Assembly (NCBI GenBank): GCA_903921365.1 | Contig: CAIXPS010000315.1 | Coordinates: forward strand, 19,629-83,628 | Direction: 5' to 3' | From: an uncultured bacterium | GTDB lineage: Bacteria > Chloroflexota > Anaerolineae > J036 > Brachytrichaceae | DNA length: 64,000 bases | Part shown: positions 1 to 8,798 of the stretch, in pieces | Numbering within the stretch: the stretch's first letter is position 1 | Layout of the letters: every line of letters begins with the position of its first letter | The notes under the pieces: model-generated | The model's input: the letters and a program-made list of their open reading frames with translations, nothing else | The model's database searches: none | What the model was told of the DNA's origin: nothing | Made by a program: the position numbers and the translations under genes

Positions 1-757
1 GCGCCAGCGGCTTGACCAGGAACTATCACTGGCGCGGGATATCCAGACCAGCTTCTTGCCGAAGGATGTGCCCCACGTAGCAGGGTGGGGCGTTGCTGCG
101 GCATGGCAGGCGGCGCGCCAGGTGGGCGGCGACTTCTATGACTTTATCGCGCTGCATGATGGGCGATATGGCATAGTCATCGCTGATGTTGCGGACAAGG
201 GCGTCCCCGCCGCACTCTTCATGGCATTGTCGCGGACGCTGATGCGCGCGGTTGCATTCACTGGCAGGGCGCCCGCTGACGCGCTGTCGCGGGTGAACGA
301 ATTGATCTTGACGGACTCGCGCTCAGACCTTTTCGTCACGATGTTCTATACGGTCTGGAACCCGACATCGGGCGAGGCGATCTACGCGAACGCGGGACAC
401 AATCCACCCATGCTGGTGCGGGCGGATGGGACATTAAGCGAGTTGCCGTCGCATGGGATTGCGTTGGGCGTCATTGAGCACATCGCGCCAGAAGCGAGCG
501 TCGTTCAGCTGCAACCTGGTGATGTGTTGTTGCTTTATACGGATGGCATCACGGACGCACTGCAACATGATGACCAGGAGTTCGGTCTCAACCGCCTGAA
601 GAACGTCCTGATAAATGCCTGCAGCCTGCCCGCAGAAGATATCGCCACCACAATTATGGATGCCGTGCGCGATTTTGCCGGCAATGAACCGCCGTTTGAC
701 GATCAGACGCTCGTTGTTCTCAAACGGGAGAAGCGCGCGGAACCATACTCGCCCTAA
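1..757 (+). CDS. PP2C/SpoIIE-family serine phosphatase, C-terminal catalytic domain (5' end lies upstream of the window)
   Basis: Frame 2 is open from nt 2 (RQRLDQELSLARDIQTSFLP...), so the TTG at 56 is internal. Blocks GGDFYDF, DVADKGVPAALFMA, LLLYTDGITDA and DDQTLVVLKR are typical of SpoIIE/RsbU phosphatases. Confidence 0.85.
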   Translation, partial: RQRLDQELSLARDIQTSFLPKDVPHVAGWGVAAAWQAARQVGGDFYDFIALHDGRYGIVIADVADKGVPAALFMALSRTLMRAVAFTGRAPADALSRVNELILTDSRSDLFVTMFYTVWNPTSGEAIYANAGHNPPMLVRADGTLSELPSHGIALGVIEHIAPEASVVQLQPGDVLLLYTDGITDALQHDDQEFGLNRLKNVLINACSLPAEDIATTIMDAVRDFAGNEPPFDDQTLVVLKREKRAEPYSP

Positions 758-2217
758 CGCGGCGGCGCAGCGTTCAGTGCAGGCACTGCGGCTGGCGTCT
801 GCCCGCTGTTAAAGTAGCCATAGGCAGCCCTGGCTATGTCACTGATGAGCAGGGATGTCTCGCCCCAGTTCAGAGCTGTATTCCCATGCAACATCACCGC
901 GAGCACATACACGCCGCCAGGGGATCGCACCAGGGCAGCATCGCCGTGGTTGTTTGCATCCCATGACTGGCGGCGAAAAACAACGGCCCCCGGGCTGGCC
1001 GCAGATATCAGAATCCGAGCGTTATTCTGGCCTATTGCGCCCAGAATCTGATCGCATTTGGCGGCGTTAAGGTCTTTGCCGAATGCGAGGGGCAATCCGC
1101 CAGTGCCATTGTGACACTGCTCCAGCATCTCGAGGAACAGGCTGATCTCGGCCGGCGTGGTCTGTGCCAGTGGATCAGGCGATGCGTTGATGTCGATGCG
1201 CGTGTTTGCCGGCGTAAACACGGTGGGCGGTGTGGATGACTGGTCGTAGGGTTGTGCCAGAAAGGTGTTGACCAGCCCCATGCGTTTCAGCGTCTGGTTC
1301 AACTGATTTACCCCAACCTGAGCATCGCCCTGGCCTATCGCCGCGAGCACCTCATTGGCCTTCGCGTTTGTGCCGTCTGTGACGGCTGACACCACTGTCT
1401 GGGATGCGCCTGATTGACCCGTGGATCGTATTGACTCCAGGGCGATGGTCAACTTTAACCAACCCTGTCCTGAGAATGCGATGTCGCCGTTCACCGCGAA
1501 TGACTGCCCGGTCTTAAGGTCTTTGACATAGACGCCGGCGATGCCGCCATTAAACTTTGCGAGGCGCGCCTTAATCAAATCACCCAGCGATTGGATCGTG
1601 GCGCCGCCATATGGAATGACATCGACCGGAAGATCGACAAATCGGGCGCTACTGGATGTCAGCGCGTTCAGGAGCAATCGCTGCGCCTCACTCCTGTTTA
1701 GTAACACGCCATCCTGCCCGGGTGAGATCTGCAGGCCAGAAGCGTCGGGCTGAGGAGCTTTTGTGGCGCGGTCGTTATCTTTTGCCATCCCATCCAGATA
1801 TCCGCTCAGCTTTTCCTCGGAGTACTGGTAAGGAATCTCCAGGCGCGTTTCTTTGGTTCGACGCAGGATGTAATCCGGCAGCTTGTCGAACCCTTTTTGT
1901 GCGGCGAGTAGTTTGTCCAACTGGAAGTTAAGGACAACATTATTCACTTGAAAGTCGATGCTGGCAGGGTCCATCTGGATGATCGATGACTGGTACCGCA
2001 AGGCGACCGGGCTGAGCAGCAGGCGGTTGGTGCGGGTCACAGCTTCGTTAATGGTCAGTCCGGTGACGTCCACATCCCCGATAGTGGTTGTGCCGGGCAG
2101 GCGGTCGCGTGAACTGAGGAACGAGGCAATACTGCCTGCAACCAGCACCGCAACGATGACGCCCAGGATGACGAGAGCCGTAGTGACGGCGGATTTGATA
2201 GTCAACCGGCGCTTCAT
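754..2217 (-). CDS. membrane-anchored class-A beta-lactamase-fold (serine-hydrolase-like) protein; catalytic motifs appear degenerate
   Basis: 487-aa ORF with N-terminal TM helix (AVTTALVILGVIVAVLVAG). C-terminal half shows the GVYVKDLKTG...LKLTIALE...VTDGTNAKANEVL...PGGVYVLAVM pattern of serine hydrolases. Confidence 0.6.
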   Translation of the reverse strand: MKRRLTIKSAVTTALVILGVIVAVLVAGSIASFLSSRDRLPGTTTIGDVDVTGLTINEAVTRTNRLLLSPVALRYQSSIIQMDPASIDFQVNNVVLNFQLDKLLAAQKGFDKLPDYILRRTKETRLEIPYQYSEEKLSGYLDGMAKDNDRATKAPQPDASGLQISPGQDGVLLNRSEAQRLLLNALTSSSARFVDLPVDVIPYGGATIQSLGDLIKARLAKFNGGIAGVYVKDLKTGQSFAVNGDIAFSGQGWLKLTIALESIRSTGQSGASQTVVSAVTDGTNAKANEVLAAIGQGDAQVGVNQLNQTLKRMGLVNTFLAQPYDQSSTPPTVFTPANTRIDINASPDPLAQTTPAEISLFLEMLEQCHNGTGGLPLAFGKDLNAAKCDQILGAIGQNNARILISAASPGAVVFRRQSWDANNHGDAALVRSPGGVYVLAVMLHGNTALNWGETSLLISDIARAAYGYFNSGQTPAAVPALNAAPPR

Positions 2218-2445
2218 AATGTTGATGCGGGCGCCTGCGCCCGATTATTTCCGGCCGGCGTCACAGTGGAGCCGGTAATGACATGACGTATGAACATTTC
2301 ATGCGATGATAACGCATGTTCTGGCGCGGAGAAAAGCGCCGACCAATTTATGCAGTTGCGCTAGAATGACTTACAAATGATTAACAGGCGCGGTGATCGG
2401 GTTAGACCTCGACAATAAGCCGCGCGGACAGGAGAGCATAAGAAC

Positions 2446-2763
2446 ATGACAACACTACAAGAAGCGCTTGACGGAATGATTGTCCGTTTCAACCCCGCAA
2501 AAGCCAAAGGCATCAACGCGGTTATCCAGATCAATGCGACTGGTGAAGGCGGCGGGCAGTACTATACGACTGTCGCCGATAGCAAGGCAACGTTGACCGA
2601 AGGGACCGTGCCGAATCCGACTGTGACGATCATCGTCGCAGCCAATGACTGGGTGTCCATCATGAGTGGTCAACTGGATCCAACCCGCGCTTTTATGGCG
2701 GGGAAATTGCGCATCATGGGCGACCTTGGCCTGATGATGCGATTTCAGAATATGTTTGGTTAA
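2446..2763 (+). CDS. SCP2 sterol-carrier-like domain protein
   Basis: 105 aa; C-terminal FMAGKLRIMGDLGLMMRFQNMF is the SCP2 signature; GGAGAG RBS upstream. Confidence 0.8.
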   Translation: MTTLQEALDGMIVRFNPAKAKGINAVIQINATGEGGGQYYTTVADSKATLTEGTVPNPTVTIIVAANDWVSIMSGQLDPTRAFMAGKLRIMGDLGLMMRFQNMFG

Positions 2764-2781
2764 GGCTGGACGCGACGCCGA

Positions 2782-3945
2782 ATGCCGCCTTTTGAAAGCA
2801 CATTAAATATCTGCGACGCGCTTGCATTGCAGTTCTCTGAACGCGCCGATCAGCATGATCGTGACGGGTCATTCCCCTTTGAGAATGTATCTGATCTGCG
2901 CGACGGGCGATTGCCGGCTTTGACTGTGCCGCGCGAGTACGAAGGCGGCGGCGGCACGGTGCTCGAAATGGCGCGGGTTTTGCAGCATCTGGCGCGCGGC
3001 GATGCCAGCACGGCGCTGGGTCTGGCGATGCACCTGCATGTCATGGGGCAACAATCTGAATGCCGCACATGGGCGCAGGAAGCCTATGAAGTGCTGTGTC
3101 GCGAAATCGTCCTGCGGGGCTTGCTCGTAAACAGCGCCGCCAGCGAGCCTGATATGGGCAGCCCTTCACGCGGCGGCGTGCCGGCGACGACGGCGACGCC
3201 TGTGGAAGGTGGTTATCGCATCAACGGCCGCAAGAGTTGGGTGACTTTCGCGCCGGCGCTTGATTACATCTTCACATCCGCTACGATCAGCGGTGATTTT
3301 TCCCGGGCAGTGGTTGGCGTGTTTGGTGTTGCGGGCAATGCAGCGGGCGTGAAGATTCTGAACAACTGGAGCACTGCCCTGAGCGTGCGCGCGAGCGGCA
3401 GTTGTGAAATTGAGTACCGCGATGTGTTTGTCCCATCCAGGTGGCTGGTCGAGACGCGCGCCATTGGCGATCCGCCGCGCACCCCCGCGCTCCCACCGGC
3501 GTGGAGCGCCTGCGCGTTTGCAGCCGTGTATCTGGGCGTCGGCGAAGCCGCGCTTGCGTCCTTTGCGTCGTATGCCAGGAAGCGCATCCCATCAGCGCTT
3601 GGAAAACCGATTGCTGAACTTCCCACCGTACAAAGGGTTATCGGTCAAATGGATGTGACCCTGCGCGCGGCGCGCGCTGCGTTGTATGATGCTGCGCGTT
3701 GTTGGAGCGAGAAGCCTGAGCAGCGTTCGCGCATGGCTTCTGATTTTGCCGCGGTTAAGTATTTGTGCACCAACGCGGCAGTCACCGTAACCGAGTTGGC
3801 AGTGCGCGCCGCAGGGGCCAACGGACTCGACCGGCGGTTGCCGCTGGAGCGCTATTTCCGTGATGCGCGCGCCGGTCTGATGCACCCGCCCCAGGACGAT
3901 CTGGCGCTCGAGTTGATGGGCAGACAAGTGCTTAATCCCTTGTGA
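2782..3945 (+). CDS. acyl-CoA dehydrogenase family protein
   Basis: 387 aa. Overall ACAD architecture: central beta domain YRINGRKSWVTF and C-terminal helical domain ending ERYFRDARAGLMHPP. Confidence 0.8.
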   Translation: MPPFESTLNICDALALQFSERADQHDRDGSFPFENVSDLRDGRLPALTVPREYEGGGGTVLEMARVLQHLARGDASTALGLAMHLHVMGQQSECRTWAQEAYEVLCREIVLRGLLVNSAASEPDMGSPSRGGVPATTATPVEGGYRINGRKSWVTFAPALDYIFTSATISGDFSRAVVGVFGVAGNAAGVKILNNWSTALSVRASGSCEIEYRDVFVPSRWLVETRAIGDPPRTPALPPAWSACAFAAVYLGVGEAALASFASYARKRIPSALGKPIAELPTVQRVIGQMDVTLRAARAALYDAARCWSEKPEQRSRMASDFAAVKYLCTNAAVTVTELAVRAAGANGLDRRLPLERYFRDARAGLMHPPQDDLALELMGRQVLNPL

Positions 3946-3948
3946 CGC

Positions 3949-4770
3949 ATGGCTGAACTCACGCGCAAAGAGGTCATCCAGTTGCTGGCTATTGTGAGCG
4001 GAGACACAACCGGCGCGCGTCTTTCGGGCGTTGATCTGAGCGGACTTGATCTGCGCGGGTTGAGTCTGCAATACGCGGATTTGCGGCTTGCCAATCTCAA
4101 GGATGCGCTGCTCAACAGAGCCAACTTGCGCGGCGCCAATCTGAGCGGCGCCATGCTCGAACGCGCAGACCTGAGCGAGTGCGACATGGCGGGCGCAACG
4201 CTAGCGGGCGCGAACCTGCGCGATGCGCGGTTCATCAAAGCCATATTGTGTGAGGCCATTCTCACTGCGGTTGATGCCATAGGGGCGGACTTTCATGACG
4301 CCGATCTGACTGAAGCGCGCATGAACCTCGCCGATCTCAGCAGCGCAGACCTGAGCCGGACCCTGATGACGCGCGCGCGGTTAAGCAAAGCCCATCTTGG
4401 CGGCGCCGATCTTGTGGATGCTGTTTTGCAGCATGCAGAACTAACTGACGCGAACCTGGACATGGCCGACTGCACGCGCGCAAATATCAGCCACGCTTTT
4501 CTTCAACGCGCAAGCATCATCAACACGACATTGGCATGGGCAAATCTTCGCGACACCAATTTCTCGGACGCCATTCTGATGCAGGCCAACCTCAGCAACG
4601 CCGACTGCAGCCGCGCCATTTTTCGCGCCGCGCGCTTGCGCGGCGCCATATTGCGAGACGCCAATCTCAGCGCGGCAACATTGCGGGATGCACAGGTTGA
4701 GCGTGATGCACTGATCTACGCGTTGCTATCCGGAACAGTCATGCCCGACGGCGCCACATCGCTGGATTGA
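3949..4770 (+). CDS. pentapeptide-repeat protein
   Basis: 273 aa of continuous A(D/N)LxG/A-type pentapeptides (ANLRGANLSGAMLERADLSECDMAGATLAGANL...). Confidence 0.9.
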   Translation: MAELTRKEVIQLLAIVSGDTTGARLSGVDLSGLDLRGLSLQYADLRLANLKDALLNRANLRGANLSGAMLERADLSECDMAGATLAGANLRDARFIKAILCEAILTAVDAIGADFHDADLTEARMNLADLSSADLSRTLMTRARLSKAHLGGADLVDAVLQHAELTDANLDMADCTRANISHAFLQRASIINTTLAWANLRDTNFSDAILMQANLSNADCSRAIFRAARLRGAILRDANLSAATLRDAQVERDALIYALLSGTVMPDGATSLD

Positions 4771-4798
4771 GAATCCGCGCTGGCGATCATTCGACCGT

Positions 4799-4820
4799 TT
4801 GTCAACCACTTGTCAACCAC
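4799..4820 (+). promoter_or_regulatory. perfect 11-bp tandem direct repeat TTGTCAACCAC x2 abutting the putative -35 of the RRM-protein gene
   Basis: Read directly: ttgtcaaccac ttgtcaaccac at 4799-4809 and 4810-4820, 12 nt upstream of the TTGCAA hexamer. Confidence 0.5.
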
Positions 4821-4832
4821 TGTGACCGTGAT

Positions 4833-4860
4833 TTGCAAATTCGGCCAAGTATGTTAAATT
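4833..4860 (+). promoter_or_regulatory. putative sigma-70-type promoter (TTGCAA-16-TGtTAAATT) for the RRM-protein gene
   Basis: Hexamers TTGCAA (4833-4838) and TAAATT (4855-4860) with an extended-10 TG. Implies a 5' UTR of roughly 185 nt. Confidence 0.35.
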
Positions 4861-5052
4861 ACCAATACAGGAGAGGGCCGAATAAGTCTGTGAAGGGTCA
4901 CGGCAATAAGGAGGCTGGTTCGAGTAAGAGTCACGACATCGACAGTAATATCACACGCTACCGGATAGTAATCTACGCCAGGCAACTGGCAGTTTAGTCT
5001 TTGGGACTTCGTTACATATTACCGTTTCATATACGGAGAGAGAGAAAGAACT

Positions 5053-5400
5053 ATGCCCAGCAGACTGTATGTTGGCAATTTGTCTTATTCCACAACTGAG
5101 GATTCCCTGCGCCAGTTTTTTGCCCAGGCTGGCGAGGTCAAGACGGCTGAGGTCGTGATGGACCGCCAGACCGGGCGCTCGAAAGGGTTTGCGTTCGTCG
5201 AAATGGTCAGCGATGACGGCGCGCAAAAAGCCATGACATTGCTTAACGGCAAGACGTTGGATTCACGCCAACTTCGCATCGACATTGCCAAGCCCAAGGA
5301 ACAGCGCTCCCGCGTAGGCGAAGGCGCTGGCGGCGGGTTCGGCGGAGGAGATCGCCGCAGTAGTGGGGGTCGCAGCAACCGCGACGAGTACAGGGACTAA
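5053..5400 (+). CDS. RRM-type RNA-binding protein with Gly/Arg-rich tail
   Basis: RNP-2 LYVGNL and RNP-1 KGFAFVEM motifs; C-terminal GGGFGGGDRRSSGGRS tail; GGAGAG RBS. Confidence 0.9.
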   Translation: MPSRLYVGNLSYSTTEDSLRQFFAQAGEVKTAEVVMDRQTGRSKGFAFVEMVSDDGAQKAMTLLNGKTLDSRQLRIDIAKPKEQRSRVGEGAGGGFGGGDRRSSGGRSNRDEYRD

Positions 5401-5474
5401 AAACACTCAGTCCATTGAACCACAGGGAGCTTGACCGTTCCGATCAAGCGTCCAAATACATCCGGCATATCCTG

Positions 5475-5506
5475 GGGGCGCACTTCATGTGCGCCCCAAT
5501 TTTTTA
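5475..5506 (+). terminator. intrinsic terminator after the RRM-protein gene
   Basis: GGGGCGCAC-ttcat-GTGCGCCCC (9-bp GC stem) followed by AATTTTTTATT. Confidence 0.75.
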
Positions 5507-6187
5507 TTCCTCTCGCAACACATACCCGACGCCGCGCACGGTGTGTATCAGGCGGGGCTCATTGTTTGCCTCGGTTTTCTGGCGCAGATAGCGCACATAC
5601 ACCTCGAGCACGTTGCTTTCGCCCCCGAAGTCATACCCCCACACGCGATCGAGAATTTGCTCGCGCGTGAGCACTTGTCGCGGGTTCCGGATCAGGTACT
5701 CAAGAAGGTCATATTCCTTGGCCGTCAACTCAAAGGTGCGATCGGTGCGCTTTGCCAGGCGCGTTCCTGTGTCAAGCTGCAGATCGGAGTAGCGCAGAAC
5801 TTCCGGCTTTGAACTGGGGGCGGCGCGCCGTAACAGGGCGTGAATGCGCGCCAGAAGCTCAGGGAATGCAAAGGGTTTGACGAGATAGTCGTCTGCGCCG
5901 GTTTCCAGCCCAATCACCCGGTCAGAAATCGAGTCCTTGGCCGTGAGCATCAGTATAGGCACGTTGCTGGCTGTGCGCAATCTGCGGCACACTTCCAGAC
6001 CATCCATCCCAGGCATCATCCAGTCGAGCACGACCAGATCAGGCGGATTGTCACGGGCGGCCGCGAGACCGCTCGGCCCATCGGCAGCTGTCGTGACCTT
6101 GTAGTTTTCATAAGCGAGGCCGCGTCTCAGCAGGTCTCGAATTGCGGAGTCATCTTCAATTACGAGTATTTGTTCCATGTTCCTCAT
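5504..6187 (-). CDS. OmpR/PhoB-family response regulator (no cognate kinase adjacent)
   Basis: Receiver domain ([26 protein letters not shown]) plus winged-helix output ([21 protein letters not shown]). Start moved to MRNMEQ/MEQ (6187 or 6178); the 302-aa ORF-track N-terminus is not receiver-like. Confidence 0.88.
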   Translation of the reverse strand: MRNMEQILVIEDDSAIRDLLRRGLAYENYKVTTAADGPSGLAAARDNPPDLVVLDWMMPGMDGLEVCRRLRTASNVPILMLTAKDSISDRVIGLETGADDYLVKPFAFPELLARIHALLRRAAPSSKPEVLRYSDLQLDTGTRLAKRTDRTFELTAKEYDLLEYLIRNPRQVLTREQILDRVWGYDFGGESNVLEVYVRYLRQKTEANNEPRLIHTVRGVGYVLREE

Positions 6188-7010
6188 CCCATAAGAGACT
6201 GCGCGCCGTCGCGAGTTCCGGCGGTATTGCCGTCCCCCATTCATTGTAATGTACGAGATCTGTAATGGATTTGCGCTGGTTGCTTGTCCAATCAATGGTA
6301 TTGCGCGCGGCGTTGGAATCCTTATATCCCATGCGAAAGATTGCGACCAACTCATATTGCGCCGGAATGTGCAGGAGGGTTTCCACGCGCTCGCGGTTGT
6401 CTTTGACTTCAAGCGGCGTGCTGATGAACTGCATCCCCATATTCAGGGATGTCGTCACCAGCCAGAACGTCTGGATGACAGCGCCAAGCGTAATTGACGC
6501 ATACAGCCCGCTCAGCTCACCGGGTTTGTACTCCTGTTTGTCCAGGACAATCGCGAGCAACATCGGGGTGTTTTCGACAATTTTGCGCTGATCTCGCGCC
6601 AATATCCGCGAGGCGCCCAGCCTGCTCAATAAATTGCCAACATTGTCTGAGAACACGAGCTTGATGAGCGGCCGCAGGAAGAATGGAACATTGTCGATAT
6701 AGATGCCGCTGTTGGTTTTAGCTGTTTCCTGTTTGCTAAACCGAAAGTAGCGCCGGTAGCGGGACACAAATGCGCCTTCGTCCATCAGGCGTTTCATCGA
6801 GTCGCCAGCAATATTGGCCATAGCCTGGATGCGCGCCTTGTCCTCGATGATGACAAAGCGCCATGGCTGGCTGTTAAAGTGCGAGGGCGCGCGTGTTGCC
6901 GTCTCAATCAGCAGGCGTTTGTGCTCGTTGCTGACTGGTTCGGGGCTAAAGGGCGTGTTCGTCGTCCTGCGACGCCGAATGGCCTCCAGCAGATCCATAT
7001 TTACATTCAT
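6156..7010 (-). CDS. nitroreductase-family protein
   Basis: [21 protein letters not shown]...[15 protein letters not shown] is the nitroreductase N-terminal signature. Start placed at MNVNMDLL (7010) because the upstream part of the ORF runs through a 43-nt palindrome. Confidence 0.75.
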   Translation of the reverse strand: MNVNMDLLEAIRRRRTTNTPFSPEPVSNEHKRLLIETATRAPSHFNSQPWRFVIIEDKARIQAMANIAGDSMKRLMDEGAFVSRYRRYFRFSKQETAKTNSGIYIDNVPFFLRPLIKLVFSDNVGNLLSRLGASRILARDQRKIVENTPMLLAIVLDKQEYKPGELSGLYASITLGAVIQTFWLVTTSLNMGMQFISTPLEVKDNRERVETLLHIPAQYELVAIFRMGYKDSNAARNTIDWTSNQRKSITDLVHYNEWGTAIPPELATARSLLWDEEHGTNTRN

Positions 7011-7068
7011 GACCGTGTGCCATCCATTAAGATGGATTCTACCTTTTATCGCGTCGCGGCCTGGTTTA

Positions 7069-7111
7069 CGCGTGATGCGGTAGCATGCGCCGCATGCTAC
7101 CGCATCACGCG
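7069..7111. repeat. perfect 43-nt palindrome (21-nt arms) between cdsA stop and nitroreductase start; possible U-tract-less terminator or protein site
   Basis: cgcgtgatgcggtagcatgcg-c-cgcatgctaccgcatcacgcg; the arms are exact reverse complements. Confidence 0.8.
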
Positions 7112-7117
7112 GAGGGA

Positions 7118-7966
7118 TCAGTGGGGCAGGAGAGTGGCATAATAAAACACGATAACGCCGGCCCACAACAAAGAATCCACGCGGTCGAAGGCGCCGCCGT
7201 GTCCGGGAATGAGGCGCCCCGAGTCCTTACTATGCGCCTGGCGTTTAAACATGCTTTCAACTAGATCACCGAGTGTGCCAAAAATCCCGACCAGTAATGA
7301 CGCGATGACACTATTCATCATTCCGAGGGGCGACACAAGCCCAATAACGATACCGCCTAGCACTGCCGCTCCCACACCGCCGAAGTAGCCTTCCCATGTC
7401 TTCTTTGGGCTGAGTGAAGGCGCCAGTTTGCGTTTACCGAAGCGCTTCCCGACCAGGTATGCGCCGCTATCGGCCAGCCAGGTGATGCCGATTGCGATCA
7501 ACAGCCACCACAGCCCATTATCCAGTTCACGCACAGCAGCTATATGTCCACTGGTCCAGCCCAGGTAGGCGCCGCTTGCGATGGCGATTGCCCAATCGGC
7601 GATTGGCTGGCCTTGGCGATGTCGCATCTGCATTGCGATGGAGGCGAATAACAACACAGTCGCGATAGCGGGAATAAAGGGCAAGGTGGGGAAGCGAACG
7701 AAGGCAAATGACGCGAGCGCGGCTGCGAGACTGAAGATGAGCGAGGGTTTGAACCCGCTCATCTGCATCATCACGTTGACCTCATATGTGGTGAGGAGCG
7801 CGACAAGCACTACCAGGCTTGTGAACCACAACCCGCCAAGGAGCCCGGGAATGATCGTAACAACGCCAATCAAGGCTCCGCTAATAACGCGCGTGCGCAA
7901 ACCGGTATCCCTCACAGGAGCTTCTTGCACTGGAAGTTGTGATTGATCTCCAGTGTAGCTTTGCAT
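7118..7966 (-). CDS. cdsA: phosphatidate cytidylyltransferase
   Basis: SPKKTWEGYFGG and GDLVESMFKRQAHSKDSGRLIPGHGGAFDRVDS signature; multi-TM; follows uppS. Confidence 0.9.
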   Translation of the reverse strand: MQSYTGDQSQLPVQEAPVRDTGLRTRVISGALIGVVTIIPGLLGGLWFTSLVVLVALLTTYEVNVMMQMSGFKPSLIFSLAAALASFAFVRFPTLPFIPAIATVLLFASIAMQMRHRQGQPIADWAIAIASGAYLGWTSGHIAAVRELDNGLWWLLIAIGITWLADSGAYLVGKRFGKRKLAPSLSPKKTWEGYFGGVGAAVLGGIVIGLVSPLGMMNSVIASLLVGIFGTLGDLVESMFKRQAHSKDSGRLIPGHGGAFDRVDSLLWAGVIVFYYATLLPH

Positions 7967-7981
7967 AGGATGGGTGAAGGG

Positions 7982-8743
7982 CTATCTGCTCAAGCCCCCG
8001 AAGCGTCTGTCGCGTTTGTTAAATTGCTCGATGGCCTTTTTTAACTCATTCTCGTCAAAGTCTGGCCAGTATGCATCCGTGACATAGAATTCGGAGTAGG
8101 CTCCTTGCCAGATGAGGAAGTTGCTGCTACGGTACTCTCCACTGGTGCGGATAATCAGATCGGGGTCAGGCAGTCCACAGGTGTACAGATACCGGCTGAT
8201 GGTGTCTTCATCGATATAGTCTGGATTCAATCCTTCAGCCAACATGGCGCGCACGGCATCGACGATCTCTGCTCGACCGCCATAGTTCAACGCGACATTC
8301 AGTATCAGCCGGTCGTTGTGTCTGGTTTTTTCGACGGCGCTTTTGATCTTCGCCTGCAGCCCGGCCGGCACGCGATCCATGCGACCGATATGCCTGACCT
8401 GAACCCCGTTCCGATCCAGTTCGTCCAGCTCGCGCTCAATGACGGTTTCGAGGATGCGCATCAACCCGTTGACTTCATCTTCGGGTCGACGCCAGTTTTC
8501 GGTGGAAAATGCATACAACGTCAGTATTTTGACGCCTTGATCAACACAAGCGCGCAGAATGCGCCGCAGGTTGTTAGTCCCGGCTTGGTGACCTGCCACG
8601 CGTGGCAGGTTTCGTTTGCGCGCCCAGCGGCCATTCCCATCCATGATGATGGCGACATGGTTAGGTGTTCGCGCATCCGCCGCGGTCGTTAGTGTGCGAT
8701 CACGAGTCATGGATTGATCATAAGTCGCTACTGGTATTGTCAT
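7982..8743 (-). CDS. uppS: isoprenyl transferase / undecaprenyl-diphosphate synthase
   Basis: [41 protein letters not shown] motifs. Confidence 0.92.
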   Translation of the reverse strand: MTIPVATYDQSMTRDRTLTTAADARTPNHVAIIMDGNGRWARKRNLPRVAGHQAGTNNLRRILRACVDQGVKILTLYAFSTENWRRPEDEVNGLMRILETVIERELDELDRNGVQVRHIGRMDRVPAGLQAKIKSAVEKTRHNDRLILNVALNYGGRAEIVDAVRAMLAEGLNPDYIDEDTISRYLYTCGLPDPDLIIRTSGEYRSSNFLIWQGAYSEFYVTDAYWPDFDENELKKAIEQFNKRDRRFGGLSR

Positions 8744-8798
8744 AACTTTCTAGCCGATCCTCGCTTATATTTGCACCTGGAGCGTGCATATCCGAACG

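Noticed and set aside
3949-4770. Pentapeptide-repeat protein as a Qnr-type quinolone-resistance determinant
   Set aside because: Pentapeptide proteins are common and functionally diverse. Nothing in the sequence or context (SCP2/ACAD operon) supports a resistance role.
4908-4930. tRNA T-arm-like GGTTCGAG in the RRM-gene leader
   Set aside because: There is no complementary acceptor or T-stem partners and no D-arm or anticodon-arm context, so it is not a tRNA.
4767-4997. 76-aa ORF in the RRM-gene upstream region, and 74-aa ORF 42915-43139 upstream of the HlyD gene
   Set aside because: Both start on weak alternative codons without an RBS, span predicted promoter or leader DNA, and have no recognisable features.
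6188-6412. 75-aa N-terminal extension of the response regulator ORF, and the 52-aa extension of the nitroreductase ORF (7011-7166)
   Set aside because: The extensions overlap neighbouring genes or run through the 43-nt palindrome. They precede the canonical domain starts ([10 protein letters not shown] and [15 protein letters not shown]).
8105-8692. Long ORFs antisense to or out of frame with confidently assigned genes: 8105-8692, 13189-13755, 19030-19602, 25200-25757, 17207-17764, 50435-50998, 51005-51553, 60168-60833, 61831-62394, 47905-48441
   Set aside because: Each lies inside a gene with strong family motifs on the other strand or frame. Their products are Arg/Pro/Ala-rich with no motifs. 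This is typical of high-GC DNA, where stop codons are rare.
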